NCBI GenBank assembly: GCA_012295275.1
Contig: CM022677.1
Span: 17,546,001 to 17,610,000 of the forward strand
Source of the DNA: Chrysomallon squamiferum
Taxonomy: Eukaryota > Animalia > Mollusca
Reading direction: 5' to 3'
DNA length: 64,000 bases
Below are positions 28,054 through 42,798 of the stretch, piece after piece; the first letter of the stretch is position 1; the number at the start of each line of letters is the position of its first letter. Position numbers and translations under genes: made by a program. Below the pieces are notes generated by a model. That model was not told the DNA's origin. It did not search any database and saw only the letters and a list, made by a program, of their open reading frames with translations.

Positions 28054-28899
28054 AACACTGTCTCTAAATGGATGTCTGTAAAAAAACACAGACCAGTTTC
28101 TGATTGAGTAGATACAAGATAACTTCTCACCTCTTTGGGCTCTGATTAATCCAGTAACACAAACTACAACAGATTTGTTAAACCTGCCCCATAGCAGGCA
28201 CAAACACAAAAACACAACCTTCTCAAAGTGAGAAGGTATTACATCACCACTACTACTACCTACCTCTAACAAAACAATAGATATTCTCAAAACAAGATAC
28301 TTGTGTGTGGTGCATCACTGAAAAAAGACAGCTTCTTAAGACTAAAGTGAGATCATTATCCCAGCTTAACTGTTAATCCTTTGATCACATTCTTTTGAGA
28401 AACTACAGTAAGTAGTCTTGTAAATACGATTTTGTAGTCTATACACACTGTAGATGGATCTTTCACTGGTTGAATCACTTGACATCAGTAATTTTCTTTA
28501 AACATGAGGTTATCACAGTATCCTCACATCCATATGATCCCAGCATAGAGGCAGTCACAGTACCATTCAAACATATCTGGAGAAGTTTTCCTTAAGACTG
28601 TTATGAATCAGGATACAACCCTTTGTATCATCACGGTTTTAATGATATTAATCTAAAGTATCTCACTGTTACAGCAGGTAATTATATCGAAATTAGCTGA
28701 ATTAATGCATTTATAATTACACTGGTTTGATATCCTTTTGCTAAGGCTGGTGTAGAATGCTTCTGTTATTGCAAGCTTTTCTGGTAGTAGATATTTTACG
28801 ATGCTTTTGTATTGCTTTTGTTTTTTCTAATGGTGGTTAATAGAACAGTTCTATATTGTACCTGCTTTTTGTTCTGGTGGTTACTAAAATGTTTTTAAA

Positions 28900-29650
28900 A
28901 TACATGCTTTTCTACTGTTAACCAGAATGCTTCTTATTGTATGTTCTTCTACTGGTCATTTCAGAATGGTCATTTCAGAATGCTTGTGTTGTTCTTCAAC
29001 TGGTCATTGTCAGAATGCTTCTTAATGTATTCTTTCTACTGGTCATTGTCAGAATGCTTCTGTAATGTATGCTCTTCTACTGGTCACTGTCAGATGCTTC
29101 TTAATGTATGCTTTTCTACTGGTCACTGTCAGAATGCTTCTTAATGTATGTTCTTCTACTGGTCACTGTCAGAATGCTTCTTAATGTATGCTCTTCTACT
29201 GGCCACTGTCAGATGCTTCTTAATGTATGTTCATCTACTGGTCATTGTCAGAATGCTTATTAATGTATGCTTTTCTACTGGTCACTGTCAGAATGCTTCT
29301 GTAATGTATGCTCTTCTGGTCATTTTCAGAAGGCTTCTTAATGAATGCTCTTCTACTTCTACTGGTCTTTGTCATGTATGCTCTTCTACTGGTCATTGTC
29401 AGAATGCTTCTTAATGTATGTTCATCTTCTGGTCATTGTCAAAATGCTTTTTAATGAATGCTCTTCTACTGGTCATTGTCAGATGCTTCTTAATGAATGC
29501 TCTTCTACTGGTCATTGTCAGAATGCTTTTTAATGTATGCTCATCTACTGGTCACTGTCAGAATGCTTTTTAATTCATAGTTTTCTACTTTATTAGAATG
29601 CTACTTAATGAATGCTTTCCTACTGATCATTGTAAGAATGCTTCTATAAA
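28900..29650. repeat. 40-bp minisatellite, about 18 copies with degenerate flanks
   Basis: Unit TGCTTCTTAATGTATGCTCTTCTACTGGTCATTGTCAGAA. Confidence 0.95.
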
Positions 29651-30414
29651 GCATTAGCATGTTTCTTTGTTACATGATTTTCTGTTGGTAGTTGTTAGAA
29701 TACCTATATAATACAAGCTTTTCTACTGGTAGAAGCTAAGATGCTTGTGTAATGCTTGAGTTTTCTGCCAGTATTAGAAAAATTCTCTAATGCAAAAAAA
29801 AAAAAAAAACCCAACCCAAACCCCCCCCAGAACTGTAAACAAAATAAATAAAACCATGATTATAAATGTCACATACTTTTTATAACGCAACAAAACCAGC
29901 AAAAAGAAAAAGAAAAGAAGAGCCCATTAATTAACAAAAACAGGTAAATAAAACTGTGAATCAGAAATGCCATGGATGAAACTGAAACTGAAACTGATGT
30001 TTACACATACACACACTTAACTCATTTTATTATGCGAGGGGTGGGGGGAATGGAAATAAGATCAGCCAATGAGAGGGTCCGTTTCAAAATGATTGACACG
30101 TTCAGTCAATTAATTAATCTGATTGTTGTTATCAAAGATATCAGATACATTTAAATGCTTATGAACGCACTTTGATTAAAAAAACGAATACACCGACAAA
30201 AGATTCGTTAATATTGACTATTTAAATAGTAATAATTTTGTTAAAAATGCTTAGATGATACATTTTTAAATTGTAACAATACTGTGACAATGAAACAGGT
30301 CAAAAATAAATTTTAAAGGTAAAATAAAGTTGATAAAAGGTTATATGATAATATTCAGATTGAAACTGTGCACACTATGTTAATGTTTATATGGTGTGTG
30401 TGTGTGTGTTATGT

Positions 30415-30778
30415 ATATACTGGTAGCTGTAAAGATGTATTCTACAGCTGATAATAAAACACTGTTTTATATATATATATATATACTGGTAACTATAAAG
30501 ATATATTCTGCAGCTAATAATAAAATACTGTATATGTGTATATACTATAAAGATGTATTCTACAGCTGATGATAAAACACTGTATATGTGTATATATATA
30601 TGTATATACTATAAAGATGTATTCTACAGCTGATGATAAAACACTGTATATGTGTATATATATATGTATATACTATAAAGATGTATTCTACAGCTGATGA
30701 TAAAACACTGTGTATGTATATATATATATATATGTATACTATAAAGATGTATTCTACAGCTGATGATAAAACGCTGTG
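30415..30778. repeat. Tandem repeat of about 60 bp (6 copies) ending at the exon 2 acceptor
   Basis: TAAAGATGTATTCTACAGCTGATGATAAAACACTG followed by a (TA)-rich spacer. Confidence 0.9.
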
Positions 30779-30790
30779 TTTGTTTTTCAG

Positions 30791-30878
30791 CCGCGCTGGA
30801 CAGGTGCATGTACGGCTAGGTGATAGAATGACTGTCCCCACAGACAAAGAATTGAACGATCTACTTGACTTCAGTGCT
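30791..30878 (+). CDS. TCF12: E-protein (TCF12/TCF4/TCF3/daughterless family) exon encoding the AD1 PCET motif: RAGQVHVRLGDRMTVPTDKELNDLLDFSA
   Basis: TDKELNDLLDFSA matches vertebrate TDKELSDLLDFSA; acceptor TTTTTCAG| and phase-0 donor GCT|GTAAGT after DFSA, as in vertebrate E-protein genes. Confidence 0.95.
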
Positions 30879-31139
30879 GTAAGTTCCTCTTCTTCTTCTT
30901 CTTCGTTATTTGTTGTTATTATTATTATTATTTTTATTATTATTATTATTATTTGTGTTATTTTTTATTATTATTGTTAGTGTTATTTTTATTGTTATTA
31001 TTGTCATTATTTTTATTATTTGTTGTTAGTGTTATTGTTATTATTATTATTATTTGTTATTGTTATTATTATTATTGTTATTTGTTGTTATTATACTATT
31101 TTTTATTACTGTAGTTGATTTTGTTATTACATCATCAGT

Positions 31140-31465
31140 CTACCTGCATTTTGTCCATCACAGGTTTACCTGCGTTAAATTTGTCAAAGGTTTAACTGTG
31201 AAAGATATGTCTATATTTTGACTGTCAAAGGTTTACCTGTGTTATGACTGTCAAAGGTTTACCTTCATTATGACTGTCAAAGGTTTACCTGCATTTTTAC
31301 TATCATGAGTTTACCTGCATTTTCAGTGTCGCGTACCTGTATTTTACCTTTTCACATATTCACTTGCAATCTGAGTCAGTGATTAACTCTCATTTTGACT
31401 TTCACAGGGTTATTACAATCATCAGAAGTTTACCTGTATTTTGTCTGTCTACCTCTGTTTACCTT
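31140..31465. repeat. Degenerate tandem repeat, unit about 25-30 bp
   Basis: Recurrent AAAGGTTTACCTGCATTTTGACTGTC-like motif. Confidence 0.65.
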
Positions 31466-31678
31466 GAGTCTGTGTGTTTTCTTGAGTAAGTCAAATGTCG
31501 TTTGTATAGCCTACAGGTTTAAGGTATGTTGGGTCATACCTAGCATCACCTGCAGGTATGGGTCATGACAGATTAGTTTACCTGGACAATTACCAAAACA
31601 GAGATCAGCATTTGTAACCCGGATCTGTCTTGTCTATATTTCTATCTATCTATCTATTGATATATTTAAGTGTATGTG

Positions 31679-31716
<38 letters not shown>

Positions 31717-31735
31717 GAGAGAGAGAGAGACATAG

Positions 31736-31830
<95 letters not shown>

Positions 31831-33418
31831 TATGCACAACCAAGCACACATACACACAATGCAGTACAGTACAGTACAGTACAGTACAGTACAATAACAT
31901 AACATAACATAACATAACATAATATACATACACAGATATATATATAATATGCAATACAATATAATATAATATAATATAATATAATATAATATACACAGAT
32001 ATATACATTTGTAACTGAAATTACAGACATGTTAACTAACATCGTTGATTACCTAGGATCATTGACAGTCTATAATTAACAAGCTGGAGTTTAAAATAAT
32101 GTATAGGTGTTTGTTACAGAAGTGAATTGAAATTTGAAATTTGTTACCCTAGCTACAATTATATCTTCAAAAACACACATTCACACACACATACACGCAC
32201 ATTAAAAATCTATACAGCGATAAAAAATCTATACAGAGATACACATACACCAGTATCTACAAAAACACACACACACACACACACACACAGACACACACAC
32301 ATACACATATACACACACACACATCTGCTCTATGCCCCTTTTTCCTTTCATCTGTTACATACTCAGTTTCAAATTTAAATTCATCTGGAAATTCTATTCT
32401 CAAGCAGTTTTGGGATTCCCTGATATCCGAGAATGTTTCTATTGATTTTAAGCTAATAAATTAAAACATGATAGATAACAGCTGTTTAATATGCATCGTA
32501 TTGCTAGCGTTACCTTTTGTCTTTTTTTTATTCCTTTTCATTCTTTCTGTCACTCTTCCATTTTTTTTCTCTGTCGCGTTTTCATTATCACTCAATCTTT
32601 CTCCTTCTTTCTCTCCCTGTGCAGTGCCATATTTTATTATATTATACTGTACTATAGTATATTATTTTTTGTATGTGTGTATATATAAAGATATATTCTA
32701 TTTAAAATGATATAAAAAAATACTGCATATACTACATATAATGTTCTATATTAATAATATATATTATATAAATGCAATAATATATACTATATAAACTATA
32801 TATATTGTACTGTACTGACCCATACTATATACTATACTACTGTACTGTACTATATTATACTATACTATTTTATAATATATAAAAATGTTCAGTACAACAT
32901 GATACAAAACTATGCAATACTATATAATATATACTATATAAACTATACTTTTTACAACTATACTGTATCTATAGTACTTTATATTATTTTACATAATATA
33001 TTATAAAACCATATTCTATTAAACATGATATGAAACTATGCAAAACTATATAATATATGTTATAAAACTATACTATACTATAATACGCGCACATTAGTGT
33101 TTTATATTACATGATTATATAAAAATATATTTTACATCACATGACACAGAACTATGCAATACTATAAAATAATAAACACACCACACCCCATCCCATACCA
33201 ACAACATTTTTATTATATAATATATACATTTTTTTTTTTATCTTTCTCATAATTAGACATATAACAAGAAACAGGTTAAAGATTGAGACTTAGAATGAAA
33301 GGAATATAATAAAAAGTAGAGATTCTAAAAATAGCTCGTCAATCCCATTTTCTCCAGCAATGACGTCATACTTTTATTAGCTGCATGGTTTTGTTTGCTT
33401 AGCTTATTACATGCTAAG

Positions 33419-33449
<31 letters not shown>

Positions 33450-33883
33450 ATTACAAATCTGATATTTTTGTACTGATACCAACATCCATTTTGAAAGGGT
33501 AAGATGAAAGGGTTTAATCTGGTCTAAACGCTACTTTACTTTATTGTCATACTTTTGTTATTAATAAAGACAGGGTGCCTACAATGCATGATACGATGAT
33601 AGTTTTAGTAGTATAAAAATTAATTTTGTTTTAAAAGACCATTTGTACAGCATCAAGATGTATTTTAGTAATTGAGACTTAATTTAAATTTTGTTCACAC
33701 ATAAAGTTACTTACAGTTATATATAAATGTTTTTGTGTGATGGTGTTTTGAAAAATGCATAATGATAATAATAATAATTATATTGCTTTCTCATGTGTAT
33801 ATATATAAATATACATAAATATGAACATACTCATAAAATGACACATATACAGAGAAATTTTTGTGTGTGTGTATATGTGTGTG

Positions 33884-33914
<31 letters not shown>

Positions 33915-34479
33915 AGATAGATATACATTATTTTTTTTTTTTTTTTTAAAATCGCAAACTAGGGGGAAAAAAACTTGAAAGTTTTCTCAGAAAACAGGAG
34001 ATGAAATGTTTATTTTATTATTTGTTAATTTTTTTTCTTTCTTTTTTTTTTTTTTCTGTAAGATTTTAACAAATACAGCAACATGAACATATAACTAGTA
34101 TCTTTGTAATCTCTTGAATTTATTGTAAAAATCAATGGTATTGTTATGTCCCAGTAAATAAATGTAAGCAAACTATGCTATCGTCATGGTAACCCATGTT
34201 TAAGCTGTGCAACAGATGGTTGCAGTGGAGGGCGAGGCCTGTTTTGGGTTCTGAAATTGATTGTTTTTAATTTTTTTTTTTTTTTTTTATAGATAAGTCA
34301 TTTGATAGAGATTTTGAATTATTTATTTATTATTTATTATTTCATTCATATATATATTTATTTATTTATTTATTTATATATTATTTAGTTATTTCAATGA
34401 AATGCCAGTGAATATTATTTTAGATTTTAGATTTAAAGTTATTGCCTTGTATTACAAAATCCTAAGCATTTTGGTTAAG

Positions 34480-34519
<40 letters not shown>

Positions 34520-34707
34520 TATTATTATTATTATTATTATTATTTCTGTTATAACAACTAATAATAACAGTAACAGTAACAGTAATAGTAGGAACTACAG
34601 ATGTACAAAACAAATGGTTTTCAAAGCAGTCAAATATTGGTTGTATTATAATAAAATCACATCCTTGAAATTGAATTATATATGTCTGTCTTATTTTCTT
34701 TTTATTT

Positions 34708-35037
34708 ATTTATCTGAAAAGTGATAGAGAGAGATATAATAAAATTGAATGAGTGAGAAAAAGAATGAAAATGAGTAAAGAATGACATTATATCAACATG
34801 CAATACAAAGGATATTAAATACCTGTAAACTATTTTTTTTTTATATTTAGTTTAAATCGCTTGGCTTAAATCTGAATATTTTATCATTTTATTATTTATC
34901 TGAAATAGTGATAGAGAGAAAGAAGATGAAAGAGTAAGAGAAAGAATGAAAATGAATAAAGAATGGCATATAAACATATAATACAATGCATATTGAATAA
35001 CTGACTGTAAACTATCTTTTATACATTAGTTTAAATC
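34708..35037. repeat. Diverged tandem duplication, period about 185 bp
   Basis: TTTATCTGAAA..AGTGATAGAGAG...AAAGAATGAAAATGA..TAAAGAATG...CTGTAAACTAT...TTAGTTTAAATC occurs twice. Confidence 0.75.
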
Positions 35038-35458
35038 TTAATGTCTGCATATCCCTATCTTTATTATTTATAAATTTTTGCATTTTCTTTTTTTGTTTTC
35101 TTCCTTTTTTCACTCACTCTGTTTAAATGTGTGTGTGAATTTAACACGCTGTTTTTTTTTTTCTGCCTGTGTCATATTTTTTTTTATCTCTCAGTCTGTC
35201 TCTGTGCTGTCTTGCTCAGTTTTTATGTCTTTCATTTTTTTTTTCTTTTTTTTTTCTACTACTTGTCTCATTGTTGTAATTCCCTTTATTTCTCTCTTTT
35301 TTTCCTCTCTGAAATCTCTTACTTTCTCTCTCACTTGTTTTTTTTTTCTTTCATTCAGTTAGGCTGGGCTCTCTCTCTCTCTGCCTCTTTCAAATTTCTG
35401 TTGCTGTCTCTCATTTTTCTCTTTTTTTCTCTCTCCTCCTGTTTCTTTTTTTTAATTT

Positions 35459-35534
<76 letters not shown>

Positions 35535-37042
35535 TTTCCCTCATTCTCTGCTATTACCTTTTTATCACTTTATTTAAATCTTTCAGTTCCTTCTTTTTTC
35601 TTTTCTTTTTTAATTTAAAAACAGAAAAAAAGAAGAAAAAAAAAATTGTCTGTGGGTAGTAATTCTAAAAACAATATTGTCTTCCAGTTAGTCTTAGCCT
35701 TTTATTTGATAATTAAATTTTCTTTAAAAAAAAAAAAAAATTAAAAAAACCTCTGATAGTATAGTTACGACTTTTTTTCTTGGTTAAAATAATTATATTA
35801 TTTCACGTAATTGTTTACGTTTGAACAGGCAGAAAAAATTGTGAATAATTTAAAATTGTCAGCCATTGGTTACTAAATAACGTCTTAAATGCAAATGAAA
35901 TATTTTACTTTTTTTATTTTTTTTTTTTTTTAAAGTGACTTTATTGTTACAGTTTAAAAAAAGAAACAAAACCAAAAAATATATTTATCTATCAGTACTG
36001 GTTACAGATTATTTTTGATATTATTTTGTTAGTTATTTTTTTTTTAAAAATAACTTTTTTAATGGTGGTTTTTTTTTTCTCTCTCTCTCTCTGCTTTGTC
36101 TCTGTTACAGTTGCAGAATATCAAAATACCTGGCTGTTTTTAAACAATTAACTTACCTGTAATCTGCAGTATATATATATTCCTTTACAAATTAACTGCT
36201 TTCAGTGTTTATTATTTTATTTGAAACGTTTTGCCTGTAAATACAGAAACGGTTAACGTAATTAACTTTATTAATTATAAGTAAATACCGTACTGTAGAA
36301 TAACAGGTTTTATTTCACATTATATAGATTTGTATATTGCATACATCTCTATCCATCCATCCATCCATACATTATACATATATACATATGTTTTGTTTTA
36401 TATGTCAGAGCACAACTATATATTTAAACTATCTTGAATCCTTTTTCTTAAACAGATCTGGAGGCCCTTTTAAGGTTTCTGAATCTGAATTAATCATTTT
36501 TGTATATACATTAATACCTTTGTGGATAATTAGCTTGTATTAATTATGTTTTTATTGGTTTTATTTACATGTCATAAAAGTCCATTATTTCTGTTTGTAG
36601 ATACCTTTTAGCAAGTTATTCATTTGAATATTTGCCACATGTACTTTGTGTGTGTGTGTGCGTGTGTTGAATTGTTTGTTTACGAAAATTACTATCTTAT
36701 TCACAAATAAAGTTACATATATTTAAAGTTTGAATAATTTAGTTTTGTTGTGAGAAATTTTGTCTGATTTTATTTTAATTGTTTCATTAAGATTAGTAAA
36801 AAAAAAAATTATACTTTTAAAACAAAAATGTTTTTACTTGCAAATTCTGAGTATAAACTTGTGAATCCCATAATTTGTAAACCTGAACATTTGTATAAAT
36901 TATTTATTTCCTAAAAGAAATTTTTATTTTAACTTGAATAATATTATATATGTGTATATATACACACACACACATATATATTAAGTAATTAAAAATTCCT
37001 ATCATTAATAATAACAATAACAGGAATAATAATTATGTATGT

Positions 37043-37083
<41 letters not shown>

Positions 37084-39869
37084 TATACACACACTACTCA
37101 AGACACAAACACACACACACACACACACACATATATATTAAGTAATTAAAAATTCCTATCAGTAATAATAATAGTAACAGCAATAACAGGTATTAATAAT
37201 AATAATTTTTCTGTGTGAATTAAATACACACACACACACACATGCACTAAACACTTCTAAATACTTTTACACAACTACAGATATAATTTAATTTGTACTG
37301 CAACCACAAATTTTGACCGGTCCCTTCACTCGTGGCTAACAAATGTTGCCTGTACCCTGCCAGTGTGTGTGTTTTACTCCGACACTAACAAACGTGGATC
37401 TGACCCTTCCCTCGGTGGTGTTCTCTGTGTGGAGGGGTCGGGTGGTGGGGGGGGTGTCTGATCGTGCTGTTTTTAAACTGGCAGTCAGTCACTCCGCAGC
37501 TCTGTCACCTTTGAGTCAAGTTGTATTTGTTCGGCAGCCTCTTTCTGGATTAACTGTGTGTAACACTCGTAAGATAGGCTGTATTTTGTGTGGTGTTGTA
37601 GTGTTTCGTTTTTTCATTTTGTTTCGTTTAAAAAAAAAAACCCTGGGCAATGTTTAGCTGCTGGCTTGTGTTTTTTTACATTTTGCTGCAGTAGTTTGAG
37701 GTTAAATCTCTTGTATTTTATTTGTTGTGTGTTATTTCGTCGTTGAATAATTTCATCATAGTTTTTGAGGGATAAAACTTTTTTTTTTTTTTTTTTTTTT
37801 TTTTAATTGTGTTGAAAATTACTATAGACAGGTTCTGGATTCATTCGAGGTTGTTATATATACATAACAGAAAGGAATTTCAAACTGACAAAAGTTTCTG
37901 TAACAGCAGTTGGATTCTGAAAAAAAGAGTTTGACTGAGAAAAGGATTTCAGATTTGATCTTTTTTTTTTTTCTGAACGAGATTTGGATACTAAAAAAGA
38001 AATTTTTTGACCGAGAAAAGGATTTCGTTTGTGACTGTTAATTTTGAACACGGTTTGGATACTAAAGTGCTTTTGATCAAGAAAAGGATTTCATTGTTAA
38101 TAGTTTGCTAAATCAAAGGTATCAAAAGTTTTGACTGACAAAGAGATTTAAATTTTTTGAAAGTGTTGCAAGAGACAAGATTTGGATACGATGGTAAAAA
38201 AAAATGTTTTTGAAGGATAAAAGGATTTTGTTTCGAAAATTTTTCTAAAAAGGTTAGGATTATATGCTAAAAAAATTAACAGAAAGGTATTTCTTTTTAT
38301 AGTTTAATTTTTAATTAACATTTCTTAAAGCTTTGAATTTATTTCATATGACTATTCCGAATTAAGTATAACACAGTTTTTGTTTTAACAATAACAATAT
38401 TAAAAACTTTTATTATAATTTTATTCATTTTAAAAAAATCATTCTTTGTTAATCAAATTTCAAGTTAATTTTTCAAATTTTCTTAAAAATTAATTTTTGT
38501 TCTCTTTTGAAATTTGAAATTTAAAATCTTTATTTAAAAAAAAAAAATTTGATCTTTTATTTTTATTACTTGTGTAAAAGTAACTTTAATAATTGACTTT
38601 TTACAAAATTAAACTGCATTGTTGTCACAAAAAATATTACTGTATTTTAATGTGTGCCTTTGTGTCATACAATACCCCGACAATAGAGCAAGACCTCCTA
38701 GGTTAAATATACAGAATCACATTACACTAATAATTTAATTTTCATTTTTTTTTAATAGATAAAAGATTTTTTTTAGTTAAACGTTTTTGAACATTTTTTT
38801 TTTTTTTTTTTTTTTCTCTTGCATCTTAATGAAATAAATCTAGGACTAGAACTGTGATTATACTGGTTTTTAAAAAAAAAAATTTGAAACTGATTTTAAT
38901 ATAAATTAAAAACAGAATTTGAATAGTAAAGAAAAATTATTTAGGATTTATAAAATTTCTGAATTCTTTTTGGAGAAAAATTTAATTATTTTAATGTTCA
39001 GAATATATACATACATTTTTTTTCTGATCTAAAAATTATAAAAAAATTCAACTGGCAATTTTTAAAATATAAATATTTACCTGCAAAATATATTTTTTCT
39101 TAGCTACTGGATTTTTTTTTTTTAAGAAATGTATTTTAAATATTGAATATTATCATTGGTCTCTTTTTCAGAACACTATTTAAAAAAGGGAAAACAGAAA
39201 TTTTTAAAGTAAAAAAAAACAAACTTTAGCCAATTAAAATAAAACAATTCTATCTGAAGTAAAAAAAAAAAAACAAAATATTTAAACAAAAACTCTATTT
39301 TTTGTTGTTGTCACTCAAATAATAAATCTGATTCTACTGGATGGAAATCATTACCTGGACAAATCTGAACAATAAATAAAAAAAACAAAAACAATTCAAA
39401 ACCCACCAAAACAAAATAAATCAAACTGAATATTTATCACTTTATTCAGCAACAAATTCGAAGGAAAAAAAAAAAAACAACAAAAAAATTAATCAAGCAT
39501 ATACAGAGCATTAAACAATTTTGTGATCAAAAAAAAAAAAAAAAAAAACTATTTCAGAAGAAGAAGAAGAAGAAAAAAAAAAACAAAAAACGGAACAAAA
39601 AAAAAAAAAAAAAACAATTTGTTTATGAATCTCTTCTTCCACGATATTCCGATTGTCCAAACTTAAGTCTGACTGAAACCGAACTCTTTTGTGTGAGGGG
39701 CAAACTCAAAACTGTGAATAAACTCAATGTTTCTGCAACGACTGTGAACACAACATTTTTTTTATAAATTTTTTTTTTTCGTTCCTTCCTTCGAGTACAT
39801 TGTGTAAAGCGCACCAAGGGAACTCTCAAGTTGCTATTCCGGATTAGTGTGTGCGGCCAAGCGTGCAGA

Positions 39870-39890
39870 ATGCATTGTGGCTACTATCAG
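39870..39890 (+). CDS. Candidate alternative first coding exon of the E-protein gene (MHCGYYQ)
   Basis: ATG CAT TGT GGC TAC TAT CAG|GTAGGC: a strong phase-0 donor, in frame with the phase-0 MFSPPV exon; G-rich intron start follows. Confidence 0.5.
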
Positions 39891-40316
39891 GTAGGCGTGT
39901 AATATCACCCGTATATGTCCCAGTGAACACCTGTTGTTTTGTCGTGTCGGGGGGGATGACGGGGGTCAGGGTGGGCCGGGACGGGTGGTTGGTGGTGGTA
40001 GCAAGTTTGCGATAAGAATGGCAAGAATGTGGTGGGTAAGAAGAAGATGATGTTCAGTTGTTAGAAACACACACAGACAGACAGACAGACAGACACACAC
40101 ACACACACACATATACACAGCAACAGCTCATATTTATATTTATGGAAATTTGTTTAATTATTTTACGTAAAAGGATATTTATTTTAATAATATTTTATTT
40201 TTATTTTCTAAATTAATTTCTATTTATTTATTTACTTGTTTCGTTTTTATTGAAATTATATATTTACTTGTACATTTATTTTGTGAATTTATTGTTATTT
40301 ATTTATTTATTTTATT

Positions 40317-40355
<39 letters not shown>

Positions 40356-40358
40356 TTA

Positions 40359-40390
<32 letters not shown>

Positions 40391-42017
40391 TCATTTATAT
40401 ATAATTTTTTAGTTAATACAATTATTCCTGAATGTGTTTGTTTCTATCTATCTGTCTGAGTGTGTGTGTGTGTGTGTGTGTTTATATATTTGATTTATAT
40501 TTATATATATATATACAATTTATTTTCTTAAGAATATAGAGAAACCTTTTTAAATATAAGATTTGCTTAGTTGTACTTATTTAAATATTTCTAGGATTTA
40601 TTTATTAACTGGAACAGCATAGCTACTATTTTACTGACATTAGTAATTTACTGACTAGCATATTTATTTATTTATTTATTTATTTATTAAAATACATTTC
40701 TTTAAAATTTCCATTATACCTTTCTTTCTCAATGTTGGCTTTTAAAATTAATTTTTTTTTTTTCACAATTCTTTAAAAAAAAATTATTTACAGAAAATAT
40801 CCTTCAATCTTGTCTTGTCTTGTCTTTTTTCTATTATCTTTTGTAAACAATTGTTTCTTAATTGTTTTCAATCCATACACGATATAGTATTTACTCTGAA
40901 ATCAAACAAAGTATTATCTACTTTCAACTTCATAACCAATATTTTATTCTTTTTAATATTAGTTTTTCTTTTTCTTTTAAAAAAAAAACAACCTTTAGCA
41001 CTATCTTTCTCTGTTCATTAATTTTTAAAAATAATTATTTCATAATTGTTTCCAATATTTCTAGAATTGATCCAGTCAAAGATTAGTATTTTATATCCTT
41101 TCTTCATTAACCCTAATCCTGTCAGCTGGTTTCAATCCTGTCTAATCCTTAATTACAATCCCTGATTACGTTTTGAAATCTGCACAGTTTAATTTCATAT
41201 TAATCTCGACTATGTAATACAGGAATTTATTGTATTGTCAAATTTGGTCTTTTTTGTTTTATATGTCTCTCACACACACACACACACACACACTTACAGA
41301 CACACACACACACAGAGAGACGCAGACAAACAAAAACAATAAACTCATGTGTCAAAAAAACAAAACAACTATTAATTAGTTAATTAATGTATTTATGAAA
41401 AGGTGTATTTTTTTACCATTGCTGTTACCATTATTACAACTAAACTGTTATTTTATCTATTTCTATCTTTTTTTTACAATTAATTAACTTATATATAAAA
41501 CTATTTTACTTTAATAATTCATATTCATTTTTAGTAAGTGGAACTAATTGTATTTTTCTCTCTAGCTCTGTCTGTCTGTCTGTCTGTCTGTCTATTTATC
41601 TATTATTATCATCACTCAAAAATGACAGAAATGATTTCTCTATTTTATTTTACAATGGGTATAAAAATTTAAATCACATTACACTCAGTTACCCAAATTC
41701 TTAACGCCAAAAAAAAAACCCCAAAGAAAAAAACATTTCTGCAGGTGTGAATGACTATGAATTACCTGGATTATTTTATTTGCTACGGGAGTGAAGTATG
41801 TGCTAGGTATACACACCCAACAAAGACAGACCAAAGCTTGGTGTTTACCCAGGCGAAATGAGTCTTTCCCTGTCCTTTCTTTCCACATGCGCAAAGTTCA
41901 GAGCCCCTCGGTGGAGAAATAAATTTGTTACTTTATGACTCGACGTTACATAATGTTTATATTTTACTCCTATCCAGAAAAATATTTGTGTTTATTTGTA
42001 TTGTGGTTGTCTGTTGG

Positions 42018-42049
<32 letters not shown>

Positions 42050-42469
42050 TGTTGCGGTAGATATTGTTGCACTCTTTAGTTCTTTCACTCCATGTTTCTG
42101 TTGCTTTCTTTTTCTAATTCGCAACTCATTTTCAATTTTTCTTTCTCTCTCTATCCATTCATTCCTCACTCTTGCTGGCTCTTTCTATTACTAAACCAGT
42201 GATTTTAACTAGTTTCAAAGTGTTATCTCTCTGTCCTTCCTTTTCTTTCTCTCTCTCTTTCTTTATCTCCAAAGCAGTCTTTTCATTAATACTAGTTTTG
42301 AGTTAAAATGTGCTGCAATTTATCCTTTGCCTTTTTTTCACTCTTCTCTTGTTCTGTCTCTTCCTTTCTTGACAAACCCCTCTCCTGTCTCTCTCAAACC
42401 TAATTAGTCTCAAAGTGTTAATTGCTGTGAGTTTGTGTTCTATCTTTCTCATTCTCCTGTTCTTTTCTT

Positions 42470-42532
<63 letters not shown>

Positions 42533-42612
42533 GTAAACCAGTCATTAGTCTGATAGAAAGTATTAAACTAATTCATTGTCTCTCCTCCCCTCCTTTTATT
42601 CATTGCTTTCAT

Positions 42613-42674
<62 letters not shown>

Positions 42675-42798
42675 CTTTCTCTTTCTCAGCCATTAGTCTT
42701 AACATTACTAAACTAATTCATTCTCTCTTTCTCCCTCCATCCTCTCTTTCCTTCCCCCTCTGCATCTCTCCTTCCTTCTCTCTCTCTCATTTCTCTCT

